DNA from: Actinomycetota bacterium
GTDB lineage: Bacteria; Actinomycetota; Actinomycetes; S36-B12
Direction: 5' to 3'
Assembly: GCA_017857875.1 (NCBI GenBank)
Contig: JAFMCH010000005.1
Location: forward strand, 1-57,006
DNA length: 57,006 nucleotides
Part shown: positions 37,634-47,276 of the stretch, piece by piece
How the letters are laid out: the number at the start of each line of letters is the position of its first letter
How positions within the stretch are numbered: the stretch's first letter is position 1
Made by a program: the position numbers and the translations under genes
Notes under the pieces: model-generated
Told to the model about the DNA's origin: nothing
Seen by the model: the letters and a program-made list of their open reading frames with translations, nothing else
Database searches by the model: none

Positions 37634-38917
37634 GTGACCTCGGCCACCAGAGTCTTCGTGGCGCGCCTGTCCGGCGCGGGTGTTTTCGACCCCAAGGCCG
37701 ATCAGGTGGGCAAGCTCCGCGACATCGTGGTGATGCTCCGCAGCGAGCCGCGCCCACCGCGGGTATTGGGACTAGTCGTTGAGGTTGTCGGACGCCGCAA
37801 AATCTTTGTGCCGATGACCAAGGTGAGCGTCATCGATGCTGGGCAAATCGTGGTCAACGGTGTGGTCAACCTGCGCAGGTTCGAGCAGCGCCCCGGCGAA
37901 ACGCTGGTGATGGGTGACCTGCTCGATCGACACATCACCCTCGTCGAACCCGATAAGCACAGCAGCGCCGGTGGCACCGAGGACACCGCTTCGACCGTCG
38001 TGGTCATGGATGTCGGAATCGAACGAGAGATTCCTGGAGATTGGGTCGTCACGCAAATATTCGTGCGCCTCAAAGGTGGGCTTCGCCGTCGCGGCGAGAC
38101 ACGCGTGGTCGACTTTGATCAGGTGAAGGGCTTGACCCTCGCCACGCCGCAGCAGGGCGCTGAACATCTGCTCGCCACCATGGGAGACCTCCGACCGGCA
38201 GACCTCGCTCATGCTATTTCGGACCTGTCTCCCAAGCGACGCATTGAAGTGGCGCGCCAACTCGATGATGAACGCTTGGCCGATGTACTGGAAGAACTAC
38301 CCGAGGATGACCAGGTCGATATTCTTCAGCAACTCGAACGTGACCGAGCCGCCGATGTCCTAGAGGAAATGGATCCTGATGACGCCGCCGACTTGATTTC
38401 GGAGTTGCCACCCGACCAGGCCGCTGACCTGCTGGAGCGCATGGAGCCAGACGAGGCAGCCGATATTCGTCGGCTACTCAGTTATGACGACTACACGGCC
38501 GGCGGCATGATGACGACCGAGCCAATCGTGCTTCCACCAGACTCGACTGTGGCAGATGCACTGGCACACATCAGAAATCCTGACCTCTCCCCTTCACTCG
38601 CTGGCCAGGTCTATGTCGTTCGCCCCCCGATGGAGACTCCCACCGGGCGCTACGTCGGTACATGTCACTTTCAGCGTCTCTTAAGGGAACCACCAGGCAC
38701 ACTCGTGTCCGCCGTGCTCGATGCAGCCCTAGAGCCCATTAGTCCGGACACGCCGGTGGGTGAGGTGGCCCGGTACTTCGCCACCTACAACCTCGTGGCA
38801 TTGCCGGTGGTCGATAAGTCCGGGCGGCTCATCGGCGTGGTCACCGTAGACGACCTCGTCGATCACATGTTGCCTAAGGATTGGCGCGAGGGCGCGCCCG
38901 ATGTGGGAGCGCGCTGA
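37634..38917 (+). CDS. MgtE N-terminal/CBS domain protein
   Basis: PRC-like N-terminus, ADVLEE repeats, TAGGMMT, YNLVALPVVD..GVVTVDD. Confidence 0.9.
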   Translation: MTSATRVFVARLSGAGVFDPKADQVGKLRDIVVMLRSEPRPPRVLGLVVEVVGRRKIFVPMTKVSVIDAGQIVVNGVVNLRRFEQRPGETLVMGDLLDRHITLVEPDKHSSAGGTEDTASTVVVMDVGIEREIPGDWVVTQIFVRLKGGLRRRGETRVVDFDQVKGLTLATPQQGAEHLLATMGDLRPADLAHAISDLSPKRRIEVARQLDDERLADVLEELPEDDQVDILQQLERDRAADVLEEMDPDDAADLISELPPDQAADLLERMEPDEAADIRRLLSYDDYTAGGMMTTEPIVLPPDSTVADALAHIRNPDLSPSLAGQVYVVRPPMETPTGRYVGTCHFQRLLREPPGTLVSAVLDAALEPISPDTPVGEVARYFATYNLVALPVVDKSGRLIGVVTVDDLVDHMLPKDWREGAPDVGAR

Positions 38918-39462
38918 TGGCACGCTCTCCGATCCCACGCCGACGCGAGATTCGTCTCGACCAACCTCTTGAGCGCGGTCGCCTCCGCAGCCCGTCCTAC
39001 GACCCGGAGAGTTTCGGGCGGTTCTCCGAACGCATCGCCCGCTTCATCGGCTCGTGGACGTTCATCGCCTGGATGACCGTTGTCATCGTGGCGTGGCTGC
39101 TGTTTAACATCTTTGCGCCCGAGAGCATCCGGCCTGATCCGTACCCCTTCATTTTCTTGACGCTCTTGCTTTCCCTCCAAGCCTCCTACGCCGCACCGTT
39201 GATCCTGCTGGCACAGAATCGACAATCCGATCGTGACCGAGTGCAGTACTTGGAAGACCGCGCCATGACCGAGCGCGTCATGGCGGATGCGGAGTTCCTT
39301 GCCCGTGAGATCGCATCCTTGCGACTTGCACTCGGCGACATCGCCACGCGCGACTATCTACGCGGTGAGTTACGCGACGCGGTCGAGGAAATTGCCCGCC
39401 AGATGGATGCTCGCATCGACGCACAAGGAGACCCGAGCGCGGGCAAGCACGACAACCCCTAG
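38917..39462 (+). CDS. DUF1003 membrane protein
   Basis: DPYPFIFLTLLLSLQASYAAPLILLAQNRQ. Confidence 0.93.
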   Translation: MARSPIPRRREIRLDQPLERGRLRSPSYDPESFGRFSERIARFIGSWTFIAWMTVVIVAWLLFNIFAPESIRPDPYPFIFLTLLLSLQASYAAPLILLAQNRQSDRDRVQYLEDRAMTERVMADAEFLAREIASLRLALGDIATRDYLRGELRDAVEEIARQMDARIDAQGDPSAGKHDNP

Positions 39463-39471
39463 CATCAAGGC

Positions 39472-40608
39472 ATGCCCACCATTAATCCCGATGATGTCAA
39501 TGCCGCCCTAGCCAAGGTGGAAGACCCAGAAATTCATCGACCGATCACCGACCTCGGCATGGTCAAATCGGTCGAAATCGACGGGGGTCGGGTGCGCGTG
39601 GCTATTTTCTTGACCGTCTCGGGTTGCCCCATGAAGGACACCATCACCCAACGGGTGACCCTCGCCGTGGGCAGCGTGCGCGGTGTTAGCGATGTCGAGG
39701 TCGAACTTGATGTGATGAACGACGAGCAACGCAAAAACCTGAAGTCGACGCTGCAGGGCGGACGCGAGGCCAAGGAGATTGTTTTTTCCCAGCCGGGCAA
39801 TCGCACCCACGTCTATGCGATCACCTCCGGCAAAGGCGGGGTCGGCAAATCATCGGTCACGGTCAACCTGGCGGTGGCCATGGCCGCTCGCGGCCAAAGC
39901 GTGGGCATCGTCGATGCCGATATCTACGGTCATTCGATCCCCGGCCTGATGGGCATTACCAGCCCGCCCACCGTGGTGGAGGGCATGATCATGCCCAGCG
40001 AAGCCCACGGTGTCCGCGCGATCTCGATGCTGCCGTTCAAACCTGGTGGCAGCACCCAACCGGTCGCTTTCCGCGGCCCGATGCTCCATCGGGCCCTCGA
40101 GCAGTTCCTGTCTGATGTGTGGTGGGGCGATCTGGATGTACTGCTGCTTGATCTGCCACCCGGCACCGGCGATATCGCGATCTCCAGCGCGCAACTGCTG
40201 CCCAGCGCATCCCTTGTTGTCGTCACGACTCCCCAGTCCGCTGCCGCGGATGTGGCGGTTCGCTCGGGCATGCTGGCCGAGCAAACCCATCAGAAGGTTG
40301 CCGGGGTCATTGAAAACATGAGCGGGTTCCCCTGCCCCCACTGCGGCGAACCGATCGATCTGTTCGGCGTTGGCGGTGGAGCCCGGGTGGCCGAGCAACT
40401 CAGCGCCGGATTGGGCTCGCCGGTGCCGCTGCTTGGCCGAGTGCCCTTCGATCCGCGGCTGCGCGAGGGCGGCGATCGGGGTGAACCACTCGTCCTTGCC
40501 GACCCGAGCGCACCTGCCGCAGCGTCACTGATTGACCTGGCTGATCAACTATCCAACAAGCCCCGGGGCCTGGTGGGGCAAGCACTAGGGCTCACCCCAT
40601 CGCGTTAG
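39472..40608 (+). CDS. mrp: Mrp/NBP35 ATP-binding Fe-S carrier protein
   Basis: DPEI..ITDLGMV, SGKGGVGKS, DADIYG, DLPPGTGD, VTTPQ, ENMS..CPHC. Confidence 0.95.
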   Translation: MPTINPDDVNAALAKVEDPEIHRPITDLGMVKSVEIDGGRVRVAIFLTVSGCPMKDTITQRVTLAVGSVRGVSDVEVELDVMNDEQRKNLKSTLQGGREAKEIVFSQPGNRTHVYAITSGKGGVGKSSVTVNLAVAMAARGQSVGIVDADIYGHSIPGLMGITSPPTVVEGMIMPSEAHGVRAISMLPFKPGGSTQPVAFRGPMLHRALEQFLSDVWWGDLDVLLLDLPPGTGDIAISSAQLLPSASLVVVTTPQSAAADVAVRSGMLAEQTHQKVAGVIENMSGFPCPHCGEPIDLFGVGGGARVAEQLSAGLGSPVPLLGRVPFDPRLREGGDRGEPLVLADPSAPAAASLIDLADQLSNKPRGLVGQALGLTPSR

Positions 40609-40925
40609 GTAGCGTCGGGATCAAACCTCGGTGCGTTGTCAGCGGGCTTTACCGGCTTCTTGCCGGCATCATCGTCGTCATTGAGTAAATCGCCCATGAG
40701 GTTTCGGGGGTGATACTGACGGAAGTCCTGCAGGGTCTTCTTGGTTTCGTTGATGTCGATGCCAGCCGAGTCCACGAGGTCTTGGCGGGCCGTGGTCGCC
40801 ATCGCCCGCACATTGCGCAGCATGCGTGCGGCATCGGCTGCAGCCCTAGGCAGCTTCTCGGGACCAAAAATCAGCAGTCCAATCACCGCGAGAATTGCTA
40901 TCTCGCCAATGCCCACATCAAACAT
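40605..40925 (-). CDS. tatB: Sec-independent translocase subunit TatB
   Basis: MFDVGIGE...FGPEKLP; C-terminal FDPDAT; htrA-tatB-mrp synteny. Confidence 0.88.
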   Translation of the reverse strand: MFDVGIGEIAILAVIGLLIFGPEKLPRAAADAARMLRNVRAMATTARQDLVDSAGIDINETKKTLQDFRQYHPRNLMGDLLNDDDDAGKKPVKPADNAPRFDPDAT

Positions 40926-40998
40926 GTGGCTCACAGTACGTGTTCTGACCGCGCTTGTCCTTACCTAGCCCTGCTTCCGCCCACATCATTCTCAGCGG

Positions 40999-42081
40999 TC
41001 ACTCTCGGCGGTCGCCGCCCAGCCGCACCGCCACCACGAATTCCGCACCGCCACCGAGGACCGTCAACTCGATGGTGTCTCCTGGTGCGTTGTCGCGAAT
41101 GGCAATAATCAAATCCTCAGCCGTGTCGACCGGCTGTCCATCCACAGCAATGATCACATCACCGGCGACGAGGCCAGCACGTTCAGCCGGACCGCCGGGA
41201 TTGACTGTGTCAATCAGTGCGCCAGAGCCTCGGTAGGCTGGATCGAGGCTGACCCCGATCACCGGGGTCAGCGAGGAACCGGAGGCAATTAATTCGGCGG
41301 CAATCCGCTCAGCGGAGCGTGCCGGAATGGCAAAACCCAAACCGATGCTTCCCAGCTCACCACCGGCGGCTAACGTCGCGATTGCTGAGTTGACCCCAAC
41401 GACCTCACCCGCGCCGTTGAGGAGAGGGCCACCTGAATTTCCAGGATTGATGGGGGCGTCTGTCTGAATGGCATTGATGAAAGCGGTCTGGGCGGCTGAG
41501 CCGGTGGTAACCGGACGATCAAGCGCACTGACAATTCCTGAAGTCACAGTGCCAGCTAGGCCTAGAGGGGCCCCGATGGCAATCACCGCATCGCCTACTG
41601 CAAGTACTGAACTATCGCCCCACACGGCCACCTGAAGATCGCGTTTACCAACCTGCAAGACGGCAATGTCAGCAGAGATGTTTCGCCCAACAATTGTTGC
41701 AGCCGAACGTGTTCCATCTTCAAAGACCACCGTCACCTCAGCATTGGCACTATCGACCGCCGCATCAATCACGTGATTGTTCGTCACGATGTATCCGTCG
41801 GCTCGCACGACAAAACCTGATCCCGACCCGGAATCTAATCCGGCTTCGACCAGGATCGACACCACACTGGGCAGGACCTGCTCAGCAATCGAGGCGATAG
41901 TGCCCGCGACGGGTGCCTGACGCTCATTGACCTGCTGCGGCAATGGCTGCACCACGCCGGTGGTTCCTGCCGGGCGAGCAACCGATGAAGCTGTGAACCC
42001 CAAACCTATTCCGATTCCGGCACCCGCCAGCCCCAGCACAACAACGCCTACCCATGCCGCCAGCCACCAGCGCGTCGTCAC
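40999..42081 (-). CDS. HtrA-family serine protease with PDZ domain
   Basis: TNNHV, DIAV, QTDAPINPGNSGGPL triad; C-terminal PDZ. Confidence 0.93.
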   Translation of the reverse strand: MTTRWWLAAWVGVVVLGLAGAGIGIGLGFTASSVARPAGTTGVVQPLPQQVNERQAPVAGTIASIAEQVLPSVVSILVEAGLDSGSGSGFVVRADGYIVTNNHVIDAAVDSANAEVTVVFEDGTRSAATIVGRNISADIAVLQVGKRDLQVAVWGDSSVLAVGDAVIAIGAPLGLAGTVTSGIVSALDRPVTTGSAAQTAFINAIQTDAPINPGNSGGPLLNGAGEVVGVNSAIATLAAGGELGSIGLGFAIPARSAERIAAELIASGSSLTPVIGVSLDPAYRGSGALIDTVNPGGPAERAGLVAGDVIIAVDGQPVDTAEDLIIAIRDNAPGDTIELTVLGGGAEFVVAVRLGGDRRE

Positions 42082-43325
42082 GTCGGGTCACCAGAGAGGG
42101 CGGATTCCTTGCGCAAGGCTAGGCCCATGAAAGCCGCCACCAGCACGATCCCGGTTGCACCGACCGCGACGGTGACCGGTGAAGAGGTGACGTCGATCAT
42201 TACGCCCCAGGCCAAGACACCGATCGGGGCAGCGAAAACACCGATGGTCGTGGCGGCTGCCAAACCTTCCATTTCGTCGCCACCCGGCTCACTCGAACAA
42301 GCCGCTGCCGCGGCCCCGATCATCAAGGACCGATAGGTGAAGCGACAGGCACCCAAGCCAAAGCCGATCAGCGTCCACGCCACCAGATCAGAGGTACTCA
42401 GAGGCAGCAGGGCGCTCAGACTGAAGGCAAACATGAATACGCCCGCGCCCACCAATGCCCACAGCGATGCCTGGATAGCACCCCACCGCCGTTCAACGCG
42501 ACCGACAACCAAAGGGGTCACCACTCGGCCGGCACCGATGCCTGCCAGCACGAGTCCGGCGCCGGACGGCAGCGGGGCATGGTCGACGCTATTGAGGATT
42601 GGCACGATCAAGCTGATCATCGGCACTATGAATAGCGTCGTGGCAACCACCAGGATCACCACCTCACGGAGGCGCGCATTCGTGCGCAGGGAGCCGAGGA
42701 TTCTGCGCATCGGCTGACCGCGATCCTCCCGCGGCGGATTCGGCTCACGTAACGGCGCCACTCGCATCACAAACACCGCGAGCGGAATGGTGAGCAGACC
42801 ATTAGCGATGACCCCGGCGGCTGGATCCGTGGCGCTGATGATGCTGCCGCCGATGATGGCTCCCGCAACGGCGGCCAACCCCGACACAGCCGATCGCCAG
42901 GACATCGATGCGGCTATCGAAGTCTTATCGAAGTAGGTGCGGGTCACGATGGGGGTCAGCACGGCAGTGATGCCTGACAATAGACCGAAGACCGGAGCAG
43001 CAATCAATAAGACCGCGACCTGCTCGTCGGTGGTGGCCACGATGATTCCCGTGATGATCCACGACACTGCAACACCGGCCTGGGCCCAGGCGAACACCTT
43101 AAGGGGGCCTCGCCTAGCCGCAAGCCGTTCGGTCCAGGGTGCCGCGATACCCGCGCACACCAGGAGCAGGGCAAGGAACACGGCGGTGATCAGACCACCA
43201 TTCCCACTCGCACCCAAGGTTGTTGCCGCGGTGGCACCTAGGGTGCCCGCAATAGTCCCGGCTACCGCGATACCCCCGACCACAAGGTAGCCGACCGACG
43301 TAGAACGTGCGCCCGACTTGACCAC
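42078..43325 (-). CDS. MFS-like transporter
   Basis: About 12 hydrophobic helices in a 6+6 layout; motif-A-like LAARRG and RVERRWG loops. Confidence 0.7.
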   Translation of the reverse strand: MVKSGARSTSVGYLVVGGIAVAGTIAGTLGATAATTLGASGNGGLITAVFLALLLVCAGIAAPWTERLAARRGPLKVFAWAQAGVAVSWIITGIIVATTDEQVAVLLIAAPVFGLLSGITAVLTPIVTRTYFDKTSIAASMSWRSAVSGLAAVAGAIIGGSIISATDPAAGVIANGLLTIPLAVFVMRVAPLREPNPPREDRGQPMRRILGSLRTNARLREVVILVVATTLFIVPMISLIVPILNSVDHAPLPSGAGLVLAGIGAGRVVTPLVVGRVERRWGAIQASLWALVGAGVFMFAFSLSALLPLSTSDLVAWTLIGFGLGACRFTYRSLMIGAAAAACSSEPGGDEMEGLAAATTIGVFAAPIGVLAWGVMIDVTSSPVTVAVGATGIVLVAAFMGLALRKESALSGDPT

Positions 43326-43351
43326 TGGGTTCCCCTCAGGAAAAAGCTGGC

Positions 43352-43519
43352 TTACGCCACAGCAGCGGTGAGTTTTTCGCCCAATTCGGTCACCTCGGTG
43401 ACATTAAGTTCAACCACGAGCCGGCCACCACCTTCAAGCGGAACCCGCATCACGTAGCTACGGCCTTCCTTGGTTACCTCCATCGGGCCATCGCCCGTAC
43501 GTGGCTTCATGGCGGCCAT
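43352..43519 (-). CDS. DUF3117 protein
   Basis: MAAMKPRTGDGPMEVTKEGR..MRVPLEGGGRLVVEL. Confidence 0.95.
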   Translation of the reverse strand: MAAMKPRTGDGPMEVTKEGRSYVMRVPLEGGGRLVVELNVTEVTELGEKLTAAVA

Positions 43520-43692
43520 GAATGATCCCTTCATTCGTGCACTCAAGCGGCTGCGTAACACCGTTTAGGCAGGGGCTCACATGCCCCATCTGTCAGTAAG
43601 GGCCCATTATCGCCTATCGCGTGCCACTTCGCTGCCTGCGGGTGCTAGTTGACCGGACCCGGCGTGCGGAGGCCCGCGTGTTCAGGGGGCAA

Positions 43693-43980
43693 TTAATCGC
43701 CGCGCAGCTGGCGGATCTGTTCATTGCGATCGGCAAGTTCGGCGGTGAGTCGCTCCACGACCGCATCAACATCACTCATCTTGTAACCGCGCACCGCTTG
43801 ATCAAGGTGGAGCTCGTCAACAGCATCGATCGATAATTCACCGATCGGTACCTCGACCAGGGCGGGGCGGCCCACATCGCCGGAGTCATCGGCCAGGCCC
43901 GGGTCGGGCCAACGATTCGTGGCCAACAGCACCGTTCCGGTAATCACCGCGATCCCCACGAGCACGAACAAGATGGCCAT
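43693..43980 (-). CDS. DivIVA-domain small membrane protein
   Basis: N-terminal TM, VRGYKMSDVDAVVERL motif, coiled coil. Confidence 0.85.
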   Translation of the reverse strand: MAILFVLVGIAVITGTVLLATNRWPDPGLADDSGDVGRPALVEVPIGELSIDAVDELHLDQAVRGYKMSDVDAVVERLTAELADRNEQIRQLRGD

Positions 43981-43995
43981 GGAGACTATGGTGCC

Positions 43996-44898
43996 ATGGC
44001 CCAACCTGGTGATCCTGCTTCGACCGCGCCCGGACCCCTCGTGTTGAACGGTCAGTCATTCGACTCTGACCAGCGCCTCATCATGGCGATCATCAATCGC
44101 ACCCCTGATTCGTTTTATGACGCCGGTGCCACATTCGCCGACGATGCCGCACTCGATGCCGCCCGCGAGGCGGTGGCCGCAGGTGCAAACATCCTCGACA
44201 TCGGCGGAGTCAAGGCAGGTCCGGGCGTCGTGGTGTCGGTGCGCGAGGAAATTGAGCGCACCGCCGAGTTCATCGCCACACTGCGCGCTGAGCACCCGCG
44301 CACGGTAATCAGCGTGGACACCTGGCGAGCTGAGGTGGGCGACGCCGCCTGTCGGGCTGGGGCCACATTGATTAACGATGCCTGGGGCGGGGTGGAACCT
44401 GAGTTGGTTGAGGTGGCCGCCCAATATGGCGTGGGCATCGTGTGTACTCACGCTGGTGGGCAGCACCCGCGTACGCGACCCCACCGCATCGCCTACCCCG
44501 ACGTGATGGCAGATGTACTGACGCGCACGCTTGCCCTCGCCACCAGAGCAGAACAGGTCGGAGTCCCGCGAAGCGCCATCATCATCGACCCTGGTCACGA
44601 CTTTGGGCTTAACACCCGTCAATCCCTTGAGGTAACTCGCCGGCTGGACGAGATGGTTGATACCGGTTGGCCGGTCCTGGTCTCCCTGTCTCGCAAAGAC
44701 TTTGTCGGTGAGACACTCGATATTTCAGTGCCCCAGGATCGTCTCACCGGCACCCTCGCGGCAACCTCCATAGCTACCTGGCTGGGTGCTCGAGTCTTTC
44801 GCGTACACGATGTCGCACAAACGCGCCACACCGTTGACATGGTGGATGCGATCCGCGGGATCCGCCAACCGAGCGTGAATAGACGTGGCTTGGCCTGA
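43996..44898 (+). CDS. folP: Dihydropteroate synthase family protein (FolP2-like)
   Basis: MAIINRTPDSFYD, DIGG, SVDTW, INDAWG, DPGHDF, SRKDF, RVH. Confidence 0.9.
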   Translation: MAQPGDPASTAPGPLVLNGQSFDSDQRLIMAIINRTPDSFYDAGATFADDAALDAAREAVAAGANILDIGGVKAGPGVVVSVREEIERTAEFIATLRAEHPRTVISVDTWRAEVGDAACRAGATLINDAWGGVEPELVEVAAQYGVGIVCTHAGGQHPRTRPHRIAYPDVMADVLTRTLALATRAEQVGVPRSAIIIDPGHDFGLNTRQSLEVTRRLDEMVDTGWPVLVSLSRKDFVGETLDISVPQDRLTGTLAATSIATWLGARVFRVHDVAQTRHTVDMVDAIRGIRQPSVNRRGLA

Positions 44899-45030
44899 AT
44901 CTGGCGAGCGCTGAAAATCCGCCAGTCTTTACCCAACCCGAACATGGCTCGAATCACTTCCACACAGTGAGCACGCACAGTTGTTGTCATGGCGGCACAT
45001 CGGCCGCCCGATGGCAATAAGGAGAGCACC

Positions 45031-45651
45031 ATGCGAAACCGTCGAACCACTTCAGCCCTGGCCGCCAGCGCCCTGGTCTTGACCGGAATGGCCGGAATCG
45101 CCGTTGCGGCCGGCGCCCAGGCTGACGATGAAACCCCCGCGCCCGGAACGTCCGCACCTGGAGCCGCCGATACCGACCCCGAGCGAGACCGCGATCGCGT
45201 CGGCCAAGGTCCGCGTTCGGGCAAGGGCCAGATGCGTGAACTAGGCCAGAACATGCTGCACGGTGAGATCGTTGTCGAAGACGAGAACGGCGTCGCTCAA
45301 ACACGACTGATTCAACGCGGCGAGGTGACCGCGATCGATGGCGGCTCAGTGACCGTTGAGAGCAGCGACGGCTTTGTCGCGACCTACACGATCACCGATG
45401 AGACAGAGCAAAAGCGCGATCGTGAAGATGGCATCGCCCAGATCGGCGACACCGCTCACGTGAAGGCACAAGGCGATGGCTCAGCAGAATTCATCGGAGC
45501 CATGAGCCCCGAGGCCGAGGCCGAAATGGAGCAGCGTCGCGCAGACATGGAGGAGTGGATGTCCACACGTCCTGAGGGTGCGGGCAAGCCAGGTCGCGGT
45601 CCCGGTGGCCAGCGTCACGGCGGCCCGGGGCAGGCTGACGAAGCCGCATAG
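45031..45651 (+). CDS. Secreted protein of unknown function
   Basis: SD AAGGAG; signal peptide ending AQA; LHGEIVV...QRGEVTAI...VESSDGF core; Gly-rich flanks. Confidence 0.75.
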   Translation: MRNRRTTSALAASALVLTGMAGIAVAAGAQADDETPAPGTSAPGAADTDPERDRDRVGQGPRSGKGQMRELGQNMLHGEIVVEDENGVAQTRLIQRGEVTAIDGGSVTVESSDGFVATYTITDETEQKRDREDGIAQIGDTAHVKAQGDGSAEFIGAMSPEAEAEMEQRRADMEEWMSTRPEGAGKPGRGPGGQRHGGPGQADEAA

Positions 45652-45713
45652 CCAGCCGATACGCACTCGCGGGGACTCCCGGGTAGACAGCGTGGTGAGG
45701 TGTCTGATTCACT

Positions 45714-45731
45714 TAGTTGAATTATCAATTA
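45714..45731. promoter_or_regulatory. MarR/RosR-like operator TAGTTGA-ATTA-TCAATTA upstream of yceI
   Basis: 18-bp AT-rich imperfect palindrome 24 bp before the yceI start. Confidence 0.6.
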
Positions 45732-45755
45732 CCTACCTGCGACCTAGGAGTCCCC

Positions 45756-46304
45756 ATGAGTACCGACCTCGCCACCACGACCGGCACCTGGACCATCGAT
45801 CCCACCCACACGACGATCAGCTTTTCAGCGCGCCACGCGATGATCGCGAAGGTGCGCGGGCAGTTCAATGAATTCACCGGCACCTTGACCCTCGATGGTC
45901 AGTCACCGGCGCGGTCCACCGCAGACCTGACCATCATGAGCGCCAGTATCGACACCAATAACCTCGACCGCGATGCTCATTTGAAATCCGCAGACTTCCT
46001 GGATGTTGATCAGTTTCCGACCATCACCTTCACCACCACTTCGGTCAAGGCCACCGCAGATGGCTTCATCGTGTCGGGCGTTTTGGATATCCACGGGATC
46101 GCCAAGCCTGTAGACGTCACCTGGGAACTCATCGGCATCAACACCGACCCCTTTGGCGCAATTCGCATCGGCTTCGAAGGGCACACGGAAATCAGTCGCA
46201 AGGAGTTCGGGCTGGTCTGGAACGTGGCGCTCGAGGCCGGCGGCGTGCTGGTCGGTGATGCGATCAAGCTCAGCTTTGATGTTGAGGCCGTCAAGCAGGT
46301 GTGA
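45756..46304 (+). CDS. YceI family protein
   Basis: WTIDPTHT..F.ARH...KVRGQF, SIDTNN..RDAHLKSADFLD, SRKEFG; SD AGGAG. Confidence 0.95.
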   Translation: MSTDLATTTGTWTIDPTHTTISFSARHAMIAKVRGQFNEFTGTLTLDGQSPARSTADLTIMSASIDTNNLDRDAHLKSADFLDVDQFPTITFTTTSVKATADGFIVSGVLDIHGIAKPVDVTWELIGINTDPFGAIRIGFEGHTEISRKEFGLVWNVALEAGGVLVGDAIKLSFDVEAVKQV

Positions 46305-46328
46305 TCAACGCTGGGCTAACGTCGCGGT

Positions 46329-47264
46329 GTGACGCACACACACTCTCGCGAATCGGCAGCCGGAATCGGACTCGCAACCTATCGCGGTGACGCACTCCTA
46401 GACGTGTGGTTCCCCGAGCCTGTTCTCGACCCAACTCCGGCTTCCGTGCCCGGCATCGACACGGCTATTCGCGCCGATGACGTGCGGGGCCTGCATACCA
46501 AAACTATTCGCGTCGTCATCGACGATCTGGCGCAGGCGCCCGCTGATGCGGCCGATGCCTATCTGAGATTGCACTTACTGTCGCACCGACTCGTGCAGCC
46601 TCGAACAATCAACCTTGATGGCATTTTCGGCCTCCTGCCGCTGAATGCCTGGACCTCCCTGGGACCGGTGGCACCGGATGATTTAGCCAACACCACCCTT
46701 CGAGCGCGGAGCCATGGCGTTCACCTCACAGTCTTTGGTGTTGATCGCTTTCCCCGCATGATCGACTACGTCGCACCCACCGGTGTCCGCATCGCAGATG
46801 GCGACCGGGTTCGGCTAGGTGCGCACCTGGCCGCAGGAACGGTCATCATGCATGAGGGGTTCGTGAACTTCAATGCCGGGACCCTGGGCACATCGATGGT
46901 CGAAGGTCGAATTTCCGCAGGGGTCGTTGTGGGTGACGGATCGGATATCGGGGGTGGTGCCTCCATCATGGGCACCCTGTCTGGTGGGGGTCAAGAGGTC
47001 ATCACCGTTGGCGAGCAATGCTTGATCGGTGCCAACGCCGGAATCGGCATCAGTCTCGGTGACCGATGCATTGTCGAGGCTGGCGCCTACATCACCGGAG
47101 GCTCGCTGCTGACACTTCCCGATGGCCGCGTCGTCAAGGCGCGGGAGGTCTCCGGCGTCGACGATCTACTGTTTCGCCGTCATTCCGTCTCCGGTGCACT
47201 CCAGGCACTGCCTCGCACCGGCGATTGGGGTGGGCTGAACTCAGCGTTACACACAAACGCCTAG
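46329..47264 (+). CDS. dapD: Tetrahydrodipicolinate N-succinyltransferase
   Basis: [53 protein letters not shown]. Confidence 0.95.
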   Translation: MTHTHSRESAAGIGLATYRGDALLDVWFPEPVLDPTPASVPGIDTAIRADDVRGLHTKTIRVVIDDLAQAPADAADAYLRLHLLSHRLVQPRTINLDGIFGLLPLNAWTSLGPVAPDDLANTTLRARSHGVHLTVFGVDRFPRMIDYVAPTGVRIADGDRVRLGAHLAAGTVIMHEGFVNFNAGTLGTSMVEGRISAGVVVGDGSDIGGGASIMGTLSGGGQEVITVGEQCLIGANAGIGISLGDRCIVEAGAYITGGSLLTLPDGRVVKAREVSGVDDLLFRRHSVSGALQALPRTGDWGGLNSALHTNA

Positions 47265-47276
47265 CGGGTCCGGTGC

